Shown here: positions 1 to 10,384 of the stretch, in pieces
Layout of the letters: every line of letters starts with the position of its first letter
Position numbering within the stretch: the stretch's first letter is position 1
Assembly: GCA_028141225.1 (NCBI GenBank)
Contig: JAOIPS010000002.1
Coordinates: 20,557-84,556, forward strand
Reading direction: 5' to 3'
Origin: Prochlorococcus sp. AH-736-L23
GTDB taxonomy: Bacteria > Cyanobacteriota > Cyanobacteriia > PCC-6307 > Cyanobiaceae
DNA length: 64,000 nucleotides
Notes under the pieces: model-generated
The model's database searches: none
The model's input: only the letters and a program-made list of their open reading frames with translations
What the model was told of the DNA's origin: nothing
Position numbers and translations under genes: made by a program

Positions 1-1
1 T

Positions 2-589
2 AGAAAGTTATCGCTTAAAAATGATCAATTTGCTTCAGTAAGAATAAACTATAGTCGAGGAACTAATGAAGGTCGAACACTAACAATTGATAGCACTTCA
101 GAGACAAAAGATTTGGATAATATATGGCTTGAGTTCTATAGAATCAAACCAAATTTTAATCCAATAAGCGTTTGTATTAGTCAAACAGAAAAAATAAATG
201 AATTCAGTCTTATAAGTAAATGCAAAACATTTTCATATAATCAGGCAATACAAGTTTTGGCAGAAGCTAATGAAAAATCATTTGATGATTCTATCCTTTT
301 GAATACGACAGGTGAACTTTGTTGTGGAAGTACATTTAATCTTCTAATTAATAGAAATAATCAATGGATAACTCCTAGAAAAGAGAGCGGCTGTTTAGAG
401 GGAATTATGATTTCTCAAGCTTTAAAATTGAAAATTGTAAAAGAAGAATTAATTCCTCCAGAATTTAATAATGATGACATAATAGTTGCAATTAATAGCT
501 TATCTTGCAGACAAATTAATCAAGTTAATGATTTAAAGCTTAAACCTAAATTCGATCCAATTTATTTTTGGGATTTACTATACAGTTGA
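2..589 (+). CDS. Aminotransferase class IV (4-amino-4-deoxychorismate lyase/branched-chain aminotransferase family), 5' end outside window
   Basis: Frame is open from position 2. Class IV C-terminal motifs are present (CKTFSY lysine, GELCCGSTFNLL, GCLEGIM). Confidence 0.8.
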   Translation, partial: RKLSLKNDQFASVRINYSRGTNEGRTLTIDSTSETKDLDNIWLEFYRIKPNFNPISVCISQTEKINEFSLISKCKTFSYNQAIQVLAEANEKSFDDSILLNTTGELCCGSTFNLLINRNNQWITPRKESGCLEGIMISQALKLKIVKEELIPPEFNNDDIIVAINSLSCRQINQVNDLKLKPKFDPIYFWDLLYS

Positions 590-1365
590 ACTTTATTAAT
601 ATCTGGTAAATAGACATCAGATACTTTAGTTATATTGTTATTAACCTTAAATTCAACAATTTTTCCAATAATGATAATTGATGGAGCTGAAAATTCTTTA
701 TCTTTGATTTTATCTGGAAGATTTTCTAAATTCTCTATAAAACATTTTTGATTTTTTAAAGTAGCTTCTTGAATCACAGCGCATTTAGTATTCTTATCTA
801 AACCACCTAGAATTAATTCTTCCACAATATATTCAATATTTTTTATACCCATAAAAATTACTAAGCTATCTGATGATTTAGCTAAATCTCTCCAATTCAC
901 TGTCTTTTTTTCTTTATCTACACGCTCATGTCCAGTGACGAAAGTTACGGAACTAGCAGCATCTCTATGAGTTAGTGGAATACCAAAATATGTGGGGGCA
1001 GCTATCCCAGAAGTAATGCCAGGAACGATTTCAACTGAAATTCCATTTTTTTCTAAAATCGATACCTCTTCACCGCCTCTAGAAAAAACGAATGGATCTC
1101 CCCCTTTAAGCCTTACGACATTTTTGCCTTCTTTTGCCAATTTCAAAATAAGAGCATTAGTTTCAGCCTGAGGTACAGAACACTTCCCAGCTCTTTTGCC
1201 TACATGGAAAATTTCTGTATTTTTTCCTGCCTCCTTAGTTATTTCATCAGGAATTAAAGCATCATGAACTAATGCATCACAATTTTTTATTAGGCGTAAA
1301 GCTTTAAGAGTTAAAAGCTCAGGATCACCAGGACCTGCTCCAACCAAATAAACAATGCCGGGCAC
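562..1365 (-). CDS. cobA: Uroporphyrinogen-III C-methyltransferase
   Basis: VYLVGAGPGDPELLTLKA, RLKGGDPFVFSRGGEE and VPGITS motifs. GTG start at 1365 is preceded by GGAG; the ORF could extend to 1383. Confidence 0.95.
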   Translation of the reverse strand: MPGIVYLVGAGPGDPELLTLKALRLIKNCDALVHDALIPDEITKEAGKNTEIFHVGKRAGKCSVPQAETNALILKLAKEGKNVVRLKGGDPFVFSRGGEEVSILEKNGISVEIVPGITSGIAAPTYFGIPLTHRDAASSVTFVTGHERVDKEKKTVNWRDLAKSSDSLVIFMGIKNIEYIVEELILGGLDKNTKCAVIQEATLKNQKCFIENLENLPDKIKDKEFSAPSIIIIGKIVEFKVNNNITKVSDVYLPDINKVQLYSKSQK

Positions 1366-1422
1366 AATAATCTCCATTAACAAGTATGGTAGTAAAAGTT
1401 AATCGCAATGAAGGTAAATATT

Positions 1423-2691
1423 ATGAAAGAAAGTTTATTAAAACCAAATAAAAAATTTACTCTCCTTAGTGCGTTTATAACTCTTCTAAATGATCGTTTA
1501 AGTGAAAGTATACTGTTACCTATATTACCCTCTTTTGTTTTACTTTTTGATTCTAAAGCAAGTACATATGGTTTATTATCATGCACTTATCAATTAGCTC
1601 AATTTACAGCTTCTCCTTTTATAGGACTTATGAGTGATAGATATGGGAGAAGACCTGTCACTCTTTTTTGTATTACTGGTTCAGTAATAGGAATATCAAT
1701 ATTATCTTTTACAGTTCTTTTTAATTGGTCAAATTCAATAGCCTCTATCCCGTTATTTTTATTATTTTTAGCAAGACTAATTGACGGTTTAAGTGGAGGG
1801 ACTGCAGCTACTGCAACAACAATTCTTGCAGATATTTCAAGCCCTGAAAAAAGAGCAAAAACATTTGGGCTTATTGGCGTAGCTTTTGGTTTAAGTTTTT
1901 TCTTAGGTAATATTTTTGTTGTAATTTTTGCAAGAAATACAAATAATAATTTTATTATTCCAGTTTTGATAGCCTCAATCATTCCAATAATAAATTTTCT
2001 CCTTGTATTTTTTTACTTACCAGAAACCAAGCCTAATAGTGACTCAAGTAAATCAAAAACTATTTTAAAAAACCCTTTAAAAGCTCTATTTACAGTTTTC
2101 AAAGAAGAAAAGATTAAAAAATTATCATTAGCTTTTTTTATTTACTTTATTGCTTTTACTGGATTGACCAATATCCTGATATTTTTCCTTCAAGAATCTT
2201 TAAACTGGACGACCAAAGCATCAAGCGGAACTCTTGTTGTTGTAGGAATCATTGCAATTATTGTTCAGGGAGGATTAATTGGGCCTCTGGTAAAGCAATT
2301 TGGCGAAATGCGATTAACACTCGTCGGATCAGGCTTTATTCTTGTGGCATGTGCTCTTTTAATAACTGCTCCAAAAGAAAATGCGACAATTAATATTTAT
2401 TCTGCTGTTTCATTTTTAGCCGTTGGGGCAGGGTTAATTACGCCTACCTTAAGAGCACTAATATCTAAAAAATTAGACATTGATAAACAAGGATCAATTT
2501 TAAGCAACCTTCAGGGTCTACAGAGTCTGGGAGGAGTTTTAGGAATTGCAATGGCCGGAAGGGTTTATGATAGTTTTGGTCCTAAATCGCCTTTTATAGC
2601 TGGTTCCATTATCTTACTTTTCATGATATACCTTATTGCAGAGGGTAAAAATAATAATTCTTTTAAAAATCAAAAATTAAAAGTTTTTTAA
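1423..2691 (+). CDS. MFS transporter, TetA/DHA1-like
   Basis: About 12 hydrophobic segments and MFS motif A (GLMSDRYGRRP). Alternative start at 1408. Confidence 0.9.
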   Translation: MKESLLKPNKKFTLLSAFITLLNDRLSESILLPILPSFVLLFDSKASTYGLLSCTYQLAQFTASPFIGLMSDRYGRRPVTLFCITGSVIGISILSFTVLFNWSNSIASIPLFLLFLARLIDGLSGGTAATATTILADISSPEKRAKTFGLIGVAFGLSFFLGNIFVVIFARNTNNNFIIPVLIASIIPIINFLLVFFYLPETKPNSDSSKSKTILKNPLKALFTVFKEEKIKKLSLAFFIYFIAFTGLTNILIFFLQESLNWTTKASSGTLVVVGIIAIIVQGGLIGPLVKQFGEMRLTLVGSGFILVACALLITAPKENATINIYSAVSFLAVGAGLITPTLRALISKKLDIDKQGSILSNLQGLQSLGGVLGIAMAGRVYDSFGPKSPFIAGSIILLFMIYLIAEGKNNNSFKNQKLKVF

Positions 2692-4769
2692 TGAAAAGCC
2701 AGACTGATGTTTTTATTAATAGAGAATTAAGTTGGATTGAATTTAATAAAAGAGTTCTCCTTACTGGTATGGAAAAGGAGTACAAAATTCTAGATAAAGT
2801 GAAATTTTGTTCAATTTTTAGTAATAATCTTGATGAGTTTTTTATGGTAAGAGTAGCTTCATTAAAGGCTCAAGTTGAAGCAGAAATTACTAAAAAAAGT
2901 ATTGACGGACTTACACCCAAAGAGCAATTAAAAAAAATCAATAATGAAATAAAAAAGTTAACTATTCTCCAAGAAAACTATGTAAATAATGAATTAACAA
3001 ATGAATTAAAAGAAAAAGGTATCATTTTAAAAAAATATAAGGACCTAAGTGAAAATCAAAGAAATTGGTGTAATAACTTCTTTACAACATCTATTTTCCC
3101 ATTATTAACTCCATTAGTTGTTGATCCGGCACATCCATTTCCTTTTATAAGTAATTTAAGTCTAAACTTAGCAGCTTTAATAAAGGATGTGGAGGATTCT
3201 AAAAATCAGTTTGTCAGAGTAAAAATACCAACAAAAAATATACCCCGATTTATACGAATTCCCAATGAAATTACTCAACTTAGTGATGAACATTCTCACT
3301 ATTTCATAAGTGTTGAAGATTTAATTGGGAATAATATAAATACTTTATTTAACGGAATGGAATGTATAAATTACTCTTTTTTTAGAGTGACAAGAGATGC
3401 AGATTTAGAATTAAAAGAACTTGAAGCTGATGATCTACTTTTAGCTGTTGAACAAAGTTTGCAAAAAAGAAGATTAGGTGGAGACGTAGTTAGATTAGAA
3501 GTGGAGTCAGATATGCCAGAAAATATTCTAAAGTTACTTATTGAAAGTATCTCAATACAGAAAGAATATATATACTTTTGCAAAAGTTTATTAGGCCTAG
3601 ACGATTTAAATCAGCTTACAAAAATTGATAGAGATGATTTAAAAGAAAATCTACTAATTGGAAAAACTCACCCGGAATTAAAACATTTAGATTTGCCTTC
3701 AAACAAAAACCCTAATTCTATTTTCAAGATACTTAGAAAAAAAAATATTCTGCTTCATCATCCCTATGACTTATTTAAAACATCAGTTGAAGAATTTATA
3801 AACAGAGCAGCTGATGATCCACTTGTAATGGCTATAAAAATTACTTTATATCGAGTTTCCCAAGATTCGCCTATCATTGCAGCTTTAATGAGAGCTGCAG
3901 AAAATGGGAAAGAAGTAATGACCCTTGTTGAACTAAAAGCAAGATTTGATGAAGACAATAATATTCAATGGGCAAAACAACTTGAACAAGCTGGAATTCA
4001 TGTTGTATATGGAATCATCGGATTTAAAACACATACAAAAATTGCCTTAATAGTAAGAAAAGAGAAAGGAAGATTAAGGAATTATTTCCATATTGGAACA
4101 GGAAATTATAACTCTAATACTTCAAAGTTTTATACAGATTTAGGATTACTTTCAACGGATCCTGATATTGCATCTGATTTACTTGAGTTATTTAACTACT
4201 TATCTGGTTTTTCTAAACAAAAAAGTTATCAAAAGTTATTAGTTTCTCCATCATCGATGAGAGAGAAATTTATATTTCTGATAAAGAGAGAAATTAAAAA
4301 TGCAGAGGAAGGCAAAAAAGCCGAAATAATTGCAAAAATGAATTCTTTAGTAGACCCAGAAATAATTAAACTGCTTTATTTAGCTTCAGACTCGGGTGTA
4401 AAAATTAGTCTCATCATAAGAGGTATTTGCTGCCTATATCCCCAAAGAAAAAATTTAAGTGAAAATATTAAAGTTATAAGCATTATTGGACATTTTCTTG
4501 AACACTCAAGAATTTTTTGGTTTTTTAATAGCGGGGATAATGAGGTTTTTATAGGGAGTGCCGATTGGATGAGAAGAAATCTTGATAGAAGAATAGAAGC
4601 TGTTACTCCTATAGAGGATTATGAATTGAAATCTAAAATATACACGCTTTTGCAAACTTACATTAAAGATAATTACTTTTCTTGGATAATGAAAGATGAT
4701 GGTTCATATTCGAAATATGAATTAGATTCATCGCATAATCGTTCACAAATTGACCTCATAGAAAAATAA
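2691..4769 (+). CDS. ppk1: Polyphosphate kinase 1
   Basis: NRELSWIEFN, NLDEFFMVRVA, ELKARFDE, KTHTK, FLEHSR and SADWMRRNLDRRIE motifs. TAATG overlap with the MFS stop. Confidence 0.97.
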   Translation: MKSQTDVFINRELSWIEFNKRVLLTGMEKEYKILDKVKFCSIFSNNLDEFFMVRVASLKAQVEAEITKKSIDGLTPKEQLKKINNEIKKLTILQENYVNNELTNELKEKGIILKKYKDLSENQRNWCNNFFTTSIFPLLTPLVVDPAHPFPFISNLSLNLAALIKDVEDSKNQFVRVKIPTKNIPRFIRIPNEITQLSDEHSHYFISVEDLIGNNINTLFNGMECINYSFFRVTRDADLELKELEADDLLLAVEQSLQKRRLGGDVVRLEVESDMPENILKLLIESISIQKEYIYFCKSLLGLDDLNQLTKIDRDDLKENLLIGKTHPELKHLDLPSNKNPNSIFKILRKKNILLHHPYDLFKTSVEEFINRAADDPLVMAIKITLYRVSQDSPIIAALMRAAENGKEVMTLVELKARFDEDNNIQWAKQLEQAGIHVVYGIIGFKTHTKIALIVRKEKGRLRNYFHIGTGNYNSNTSKFYTDLGLLSTDPDIASDLLELFNYLSGFSKQKSYQKLLVSPSSMREKFIFLIKREIKNAEEGKKAEIIAKMNSLVDPEIIKLLYLASDSGVKISLIIRGICCLYPQRKNLSENIKVISIIGHFLEHSRIFWFFNSGDNEVFIGSADWMRRNLDRRIEAVTPIEDYELKSKIYTLLQTYIKDNYFSWIMKDDGSYSKYELDSSHNRSQIDLIEK

Positions 4770-4963
4770 AATTAATATTGATTTTTACAACATTTAAAAA
4801 AATTCTTAATATTTTAAATTTTTTTTATTTTTTATAAAATCAGCTCATATCAATGGATTTCAAGAAATAAGCTTTTAAAAAAAATTTTTTGTCTTTAAAA
4901 TTTCAACGTAAAAGTAGTTTTTATTTCAATTTCAGTGCTAGCTTTTTAAAAAATCCATTATTT

Positions 4964-4969
4964 AGGAGG
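4964..4969 (+). promoter_or_regulatory. Shine-Dalgarno site of the sigma factor gene
   Basis: AGGAGG lies 5 nt before GTG 4975 and 8 nt before ATG 4978. Confidence 0.75.
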
Positions 4970-4974
4970 CCAGG

Positions 4975-5997
4975 GTGATGGGGATCCCTCTGGAATCTGC
5001 GCAAAGCTCTTCAGATAATAATTTTGATGAGCCAAGATTACCAAACACTGCGGGCAAGTCTCGCAAATCGAAATCCAGTCTTACGGCAAAACAAAGCCAA
5101 AAAAAATCTGGCAGACTCGCTTCAGATTCTATTGGCTATTACTTAAGTAGCATTGGAAGAGTACCTCTTTTGACTCCTGCAGAGGAAATAGAGTTAGCTC
5201 ATCATGTTCAGAACATGAAAAAGTTGCTACAAATTCCTGAAGCTGATAGAACCCAACGAAATCTTTATCAAATTAAGATTGGCAAAAGAGCAAGAGATAG
5301 AATGATGGCAGCTAATCTAAGGCTCGTCGTCTCAGTTGCAAAAAAATACCAAAACCAAGGGCTTGAATTATTAGATCTTGTCCAGGAAGGAGCTATTGGC
5401 CTTGAAAGAGCTGTAGATAAATTTGATCCTGCTATGGGATATAAATTCTCAACTTATGCTTACTGGTGGATTAGACAAGGAATGACGAGGGCAATTGATA
5501 ACAGCGCTAGAACCATCCGTTTGCCTATTCACATAAGTGAAAAACTATCCAAAATGAGAAGAGTTTCTAGAGAATTATCTCATAAATTTGGCAGACAACC
5601 TACAAGATTGGAAATGGCAACTGAGATGGGAATTGATCAAAAAGATTTAGAAGATTTAATTTCTCAAAGTGCTCCTTGCGCCTCCCTAGATGCACATGCA
5701 AGAGGTGAAGAAGACAGAAGTACTCTTGGTGAACTTATACCTGATCCAAACTGTGAAGAGCCTATGGAGGGTATGGATAGAACTATTCAAAAAGAGCATT
5801 TAGGAACTTGGCTTTCTCAATTAAATGAAAGAGAGCAAAAAATCATGAAGCTCAGATTTGGGCTAGATGGTGAAGAACCATTAACACTCGCAGAAATAGG
5901 AAGACAAATTAATGTTTCACGAGAAAGAGTAAGGCAACTAGAAGCTAAAGCAATATTAAAGCTTCGAGTAATGACAACTCATCAAAAAGCAGCTTAA
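4975..5997 (+). CDS. Group 2 (RpoD/SigA-family) RNA polymerase sigma factor
   Basis: Region 1.2 YLSSIGRVPLL, region 2 NLRLVVSVAKKY...GYKFSTYAYWWIRQ, region 4 HTH TLAEIG...RERVRQLE. Start at GTG 4975 or ATG 4978. Confidence 0.95.
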   Translation: MMGIPLESAQSSSDNNFDEPRLPNTAGKSRKSKSSLTAKQSQKKSGRLASDSIGYYLSSIGRVPLLTPAEEIELAHHVQNMKKLLQIPEADRTQRNLYQIKIGKRARDRMMAANLRLVVSVAKKYQNQGLELLDLVQEGAIGLERAVDKFDPAMGYKFSTYAYWWIRQGMTRAIDNSARTIRLPIHISEKLSKMRRVSRELSHKFGRQPTRLEMATEMGIDQKDLEDLISQSAPCASLDAHARGEEDRSTLGELIPDPNCEEPMEGMDRTIQKEHLGTWLSQLNEREQKIMKLRFGLDGEEPLTLAEIGRQINVSRERVRQLEAKAILKLRVMTTHQKAA

Positions 5998-6002
5998 CCA
6001 AA

Positions 6003-6644
6003 TTGATAAAATTTACTGTAATTTTATTATATTTATTTTTAATTTTTTTAATTTCAATAGTTTTTAAAAAATATAATGAAGATAACAAAGAAATAGTCAG
6101 AAAAATAATACATATTGGAATAGGTCCTTTAATACCAATTGCTCAATTTTTAAAAATTAATCAAAACTCTGCTCTAATTTTTACGGGAATTGTTTCATTA
6201 ATGGTTTTTACCAATTACAACTATAAATTATTTCCAACAATTGAGGATGTTGAGAGAAAAAGTTATGGGACATTATTTTATTGTCTAAGTTTATTTATTT
6301 TGATTTATCTTTTCTGGGATAAAGATCCATATGCACTAATTAGTGGATTTTTCATAATGACTTTTGGTGATGGATTAGCTGGATTAATAGGAAAAAGCTT
6401 TAACTCAAAGAGTTGGATTTTTTTTGAACAAAAAAAATCTTTATATGGAACCATAACAATGTTTTTAACAAGTTTGATAGTAGTTTGCTCAATAGGATAT
6501 TCTCAACAAAATAGTCTAAATTTAAATTATTTTACAATAGCTTTTATTGCGACTTTGCTCGAACAATTTAGTGTTTTAGGAATAGATAATTTCATTGTTC
6601 CAATCTCTTCAGCATTATTTTTTAATTTTTTAATAACTAGCTAA
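6003..6644 (+). CDS. Phytol/dolichol (polyprenol) kinase family membrane protein
   Basis: RKIIHIG, FGDGLAGLIG, KKSLYG and IDNF motifs in a multi-TM protein. Confidence 0.85.
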   Translation: MIKFTVILLYLFLIFLISIVFKKYNEDNKEIVRKIIHIGIGPLIPIAQFLKINQNSALIFTGIVSLMVFTNYNYKLFPTIEDVERKSYGTLFYCLSLFILIYLFWDKDPYALISGFFIMTFGDGLAGLIGKSFNSKSWIFFEQKKSLYGTITMFLTSLIVVCSIGYSQQNSLNLNYFTIAFIATLLEQFSVLGIDNFIVPISSALFFNFLITS

Positions 6645-7704
6645 ATGAATCGTATAAAATAGCGATTAATTCTTTTGTTGTTTCTATATCTATACATGCA
6701 TCTGTAATGCTTCTGCCAAACTGGAGATCTTCTTTTTTTAAAAGTTTTTGATTTCCTTCCTTCAAATGACTTTCAAGCATAACTCCTAAAATATTTTTTT
6801 CACCATTACTAATCTGAGAAGCTACATTTTTTAGCACTTCTGACTGTTTTCGGAAATCTTTATTGGAATTTCCATGACTACAATCAATCATCACTTTATG
6901 GGGAAGATTACACTGCCTCAATTCTGCTGAAATTCTTTGTACATGATCACTTTCAAAATTTGGGCCTTTTGAACCGCCCCTTAAAACTATATGTCCATCT
7001 GGATTTCCTGTAGTATTAACTATAGAAGCCATCCCATTTTCATTTACACCTAAGAAGTGATGGGATTTTGAAGCTGACTGCATTGCATTAATTGCAGTAG
7101 TAAAAGAACCATCCGTTCCATTTTTAAAGCCTATAGGCATTGATAATCCTGATGCCATTTCTCTATGAGTTTGACTTTCTGTGGTCCGCGCACCTATGGC
7201 TGTCCAACTTATTAAATCGGCAATGTATTGAGGAACAATTGGATCTAGTAATTCTGTAGCAGAAGGTATGCCCCGAGTTGCTAAATATGAAAGCAAACTT
7301 CTTGCCCTTCTTAAACCAGTATTAATATCATAAGAATCATCTAGATGAGGATCATTTATCAATCCCTTCCAACCAATAGTTGTTCTTGGTTTTTCAAAAT
7401 ATACTCTCATAATTATTTCTAATTTATCGTTATACATTTCTCGGAATTTTTGAATATATTTTGAATATTCCTTTGCCGCCTCAAGATCATGAATTGAACA
7501 TGGACCCACAATGACTAAAAGCTTCTGATCATTATGATGCAAAATATTTTGTATTGATCTTCTTGTTTTAGATACTGTATTAGCAGAGTCGTGATCTAAA
7601 GGTATATCATTATGTAATCTGCTTGGAGGTATTAATGGACGTGTTTCAAGAACATGTAAATCTGATGTCTTTTCTAAAGCTGAATTATTTGATGATGTCG
7701 TCAT
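6637..7704 (-). CDS. aroG: 3-deoxy-7-phosphoheptulonate (DAHP) synthase, type I-alpha
   Basis: GPCSIHD, RVYFEKPRTTIGWKGL, IGARTTESQTHRE and DCSHGNS motifs. Confidence 0.95.
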   Translation of the reverse strand: MTTSSNNSALEKTSDLHVLETRPLIPPSRLHNDIPLDHDSANTVSKTRRSIQNILHHNDQKLLVIVGPCSIHDLEAAKEYSKYIQKFREMYNDKLEIIMRVYFEKPRTTIGWKGLINDPHLDDSYDINTGLRRARSLLSYLATRGIPSATELLDPIVPQYIADLISWTAIGARTTESQTHREMASGLSMPIGFKNGTDGSFTTAINAMQSASKSHHFLGVNENGMASIVNTTGNPDGHIVLRGGSKGPNFESDHVQRISAELRQCNLPHKVMIDCSHGNSNKDFRKQSEVLKNVASQISNGEKNILGVMLESHLKEGNQKLLKKEDLQFGRSITDACIDIETTKELIAILYDSFS

Positions 7705-7801
7705 TGATTAATTAAGAAGTTTGAATATTTAAAAAAGCATTTATGAATACTCTCCTTTTCAATATTAAAAATAACAATAGATTAGGCATTAAACCTTACT
7801 A

Positions 7802-10375
7802 ATGAAGAATTTGGAAACATTGCTAAAAGATTATGCAGATCATGTAGCTGAAAGAGCTGCCAAAGGTATACCACCTTTACCTTTAAATGCTGAACAAACA
7901 AATTGTATTACAAAATTATTAGAACAAGATATTACTTACGATTCATCTTATTTACTTGATTTACTTATAAATAGAGTACCACCAGGAGTTGATGAAGCTG
8001 CTTACGTAAAAGCAAGCTGGCTTACAGCTATTGTTAATTCTGAAAAATATTGCAAATCAATTAATCCCGAAAAAGCAATTGAAATACTAGGAACAATGAT
8101 AGGCGGATACAATGTAAATTCTTTGGTTGAAATACTAAAAGGAAAAAATAGTTTACTCGCAAAAAAAGCGGCAGAAGTTTTAAAAAATATTATTCTTGTT
8201 TACGACTCGGCTAATGAAATTTATGAATTATCTCACAGTAATATTTATGCAAAAGAAGTTGTAAATAGTTGGGCAAATGCCGAATGGTTTATAAATAAAA
8301 AAGTTCTGGAGAAAGAGATTACTTGTTTAGTATTTAAAGTTGACGGTGAGACAAACACAGACGACTTATCTCCAGCTGTACATGCAACAACACGCCCGGA
8401 TATTCCGATGCATGCATTAGCTATGTTGGAATTTAAAAAACCTGATGGACTAAAGATTCTTGATAATTTAAAAAAACAAAATTTACCAATAGCTTATGTT
8501 GGAGATGTTGTTGGAACAGGGAGTTCTAGAAAATCTGCTATTAATTCACTCATTTGGCATATAGGAGAAGATATCGCTTTTGTTCCCAACAAAAAAACAG
8601 GTGGAATAATAATTGGCAGCAAAATAGCCCCAATTTTCTTCAATACTGCACAAGATTCAGGAGCTTTACCTATAGAAGCTGATGTATCTCAAATGAAAAC
8701 AGGAGATGTTATTAAAATATATCCTTATAAAGGCATTATTAAAAAAATTGCAAAAGATTCAAATACTGAAGAATTAATAAGCAAATTCGAGTTGTATCCA
8801 TCAACTCTTACTGATGAGATTCAAGCTGGAGGAAGAATAAATCTTATGATTGGAAGATCTCTTACGGACAAAATTAGAAACAAATTAGATTATCAACCAA
8901 GTGAAATATTTACCAGACCACAAAATCCAACCGAAAGTAATGCCGGCTTTACTCAAGCTCAAAAAATAGTGGGCAAAGCATGCGGTTTAGATGGAGTAAG
9001 GCCAGGAATGACCTGTGAGCCAATTATGACCACAGTTGGTAGTCAAGATACTACTGGGCCAATGACTAGAGATGAACTAAAAGAACTAGCTTGTTTAGGA
9101 TTTACTGCAGATTTAGTGATGCAAAGTTTTTGTCATACAGCTGCTTATCCTAAACCAGTAGATCTAGTTACCCACAAAGAATTACCTGATTTTATATCTC
9201 AAAGAGGTGGAGTAGCTCTTAAGCCTGGAGACGGCATAATTCATAGCTGGCTTAATAGAATGCTTCTCCCAGATACTGTTGGCACTGGCGGAGATAGTCA
9301 TACTAGATTTCCTCTTGGCATTTCATTTCCTGGAGGCTCGGGCATTGTTGCCTTTGCCGCTGCAATAGGATCAATGCCATTAAATATGCCGGAATCTGTG
9401 CTGGTTAAATTTAAGGGAGAATTATTACCAGGAATCACTCTTAGAGATTTAGTAAATGCAATCCCTCTCTTCGCAATTAAAAAAGGACTCTTAACTGTTG
9501 AGAAAGCAAATAAGAAAAATATATTCAACGGGAAAATTATGGAAATTGAGGGATTACCAAACCTAAAACTTGAACAAGCTTTTGAACTTACTGATGCTAC
9601 TGCAGAACGCTCATGCGCTGGTAGTACCATACTTTTATCCCAAGAAACTGTACAAGAATACCTAAGAAGCAATATTTGCCTGTTAGAAAAAATGATTGAG
9701 AGCAATTATGAAGATTCAAAATCAATTGCAAGAAGAATAAATGATATGAAAAATTGGTTAAAAAAACCATCATTAATTCAACCAGATTCAAACGCTCATT
9801 ATGAAGAAATCATTGAAATTGATTTAGCAAAAGTAACACAACCAATAGTTGCATGCCCAAATGATCCAGATAATGTAAAAGAAATCACTGATGTTGCAAA
9901 TACAAATATTGATGAGGTTTTTATAGGTTCTTGCATGACAAATATTGGCCATTACAGAGCAGCTGCGAAAGTTCTTGAAGGTGTACAAAATTTAAAAGCT
10001 AAATTATGGATTTGTCCACCAACAAAAATGGATGAAGAAACTCTAAAAGCTGAAGGTTACTATAAAATTTTCGAAGATTGTGGTGCAAGGTTAGAGTTGC
10101 CAGGCTGTTCTTTATGTATGGGAAATCAAGCCAGAGTAGAGGAAGGTTCGGTAGTATTTTCTACAAGTACAAGAAATTTTGACAATAGACTTGGTAAGAA
10201 CGCACAAGTCTTTTTAGGCAGCGCTGAATTAGCAGCAGTTTGCGCACTGCTTGGCAAAATACCTGAAGTTGAAGAATATCAGGATATTACTAAAAATAAA
10301 ATTAATCCATATTCAGAGGAACTTTATCGCTATCTTCAATTTGATGAAATACACGATTTCAGCTTGACAAAGTAA
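7802..10375 (+). CDS. acnB: Aconitate hydratase B
   Basis: RVPPGVDEAAYVKA, GETNTDDLSPA, QDTTGPMTRDEL, GGDSHTRFP, FIGSCMTN and GCSLCMGNQ motifs. Confidence 0.97.
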   Translation: MKNLETLLKDYADHVAERAAKGIPPLPLNAEQTNCITKLLEQDITYDSSYLLDLLINRVPPGVDEAAYVKASWLTAIVNSEKYCKSINPEKAIEILGTMIGGYNVNSLVEILKGKNSLLAKKAAEVLKNIILVYDSANEIYELSHSNIYAKEVVNSWANAEWFINKKVLEKEITCLVFKVDGETNTDDLSPAVHATTRPDIPMHALAMLEFKKPDGLKILDNLKKQNLPIAYVGDVVGTGSSRKSAINSLIWHIGEDIAFVPNKKTGGIIIGSKIAPIFFNTAQDSGALPIEADVSQMKTGDVIKIYPYKGIIKKIAKDSNTEELISKFELYPSTLTDEIQAGGRINLMIGRSLTDKIRNKLDYQPSEIFTRPQNPTESNAGFTQAQKIVGKACGLDGVRPGMTCEPIMTTVGSQDTTGPMTRDELKELACLGFTADLVMQSFCHTAAYPKPVDLVTHKELPDFISQRGGVALKPGDGIIHSWLNRMLLPDTVGTGGDSHTRFPLGISFPGGSGIVAFAAAIGSMPLNMPESVLVKFKGELLPGITLRDLVNAIPLFAIKKGLLTVEKANKKNIFNGKIMEIEGLPNLKLEQAFELTDATAERSCAGSTILLSQETVQEYLRSNICLLEKMIESNYEDSKSIARRINDMKNWLKKPSLIQPDSNAHYEEIIEIDLAKVTQPIVACPNDPDNVKEITDVANTNIDEVFIGSCMTNIGHYRAAAKVLEGVQNLKAKLWICPPTKMDEETLKAEGYYKIFEDCGARLELPGCSLCMGNQARVEEGSVVFSTSTRNFDNRLGKNAQVFLGSAELAAVCALLGKIPEVEEYQDITKNKINPYSEELYRYLQFDEIHDFSLTK

Positions 10376-10384
10376 TCATGGACT

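Noticed and set aside
4837-4860. Imperfect palindrome AAATC-N14-GATTT upstream of the sigma factor gene
   Set aside because: Only 5-bp AT-rich arms and I saw no second copy, so it is not distinguishable from background.
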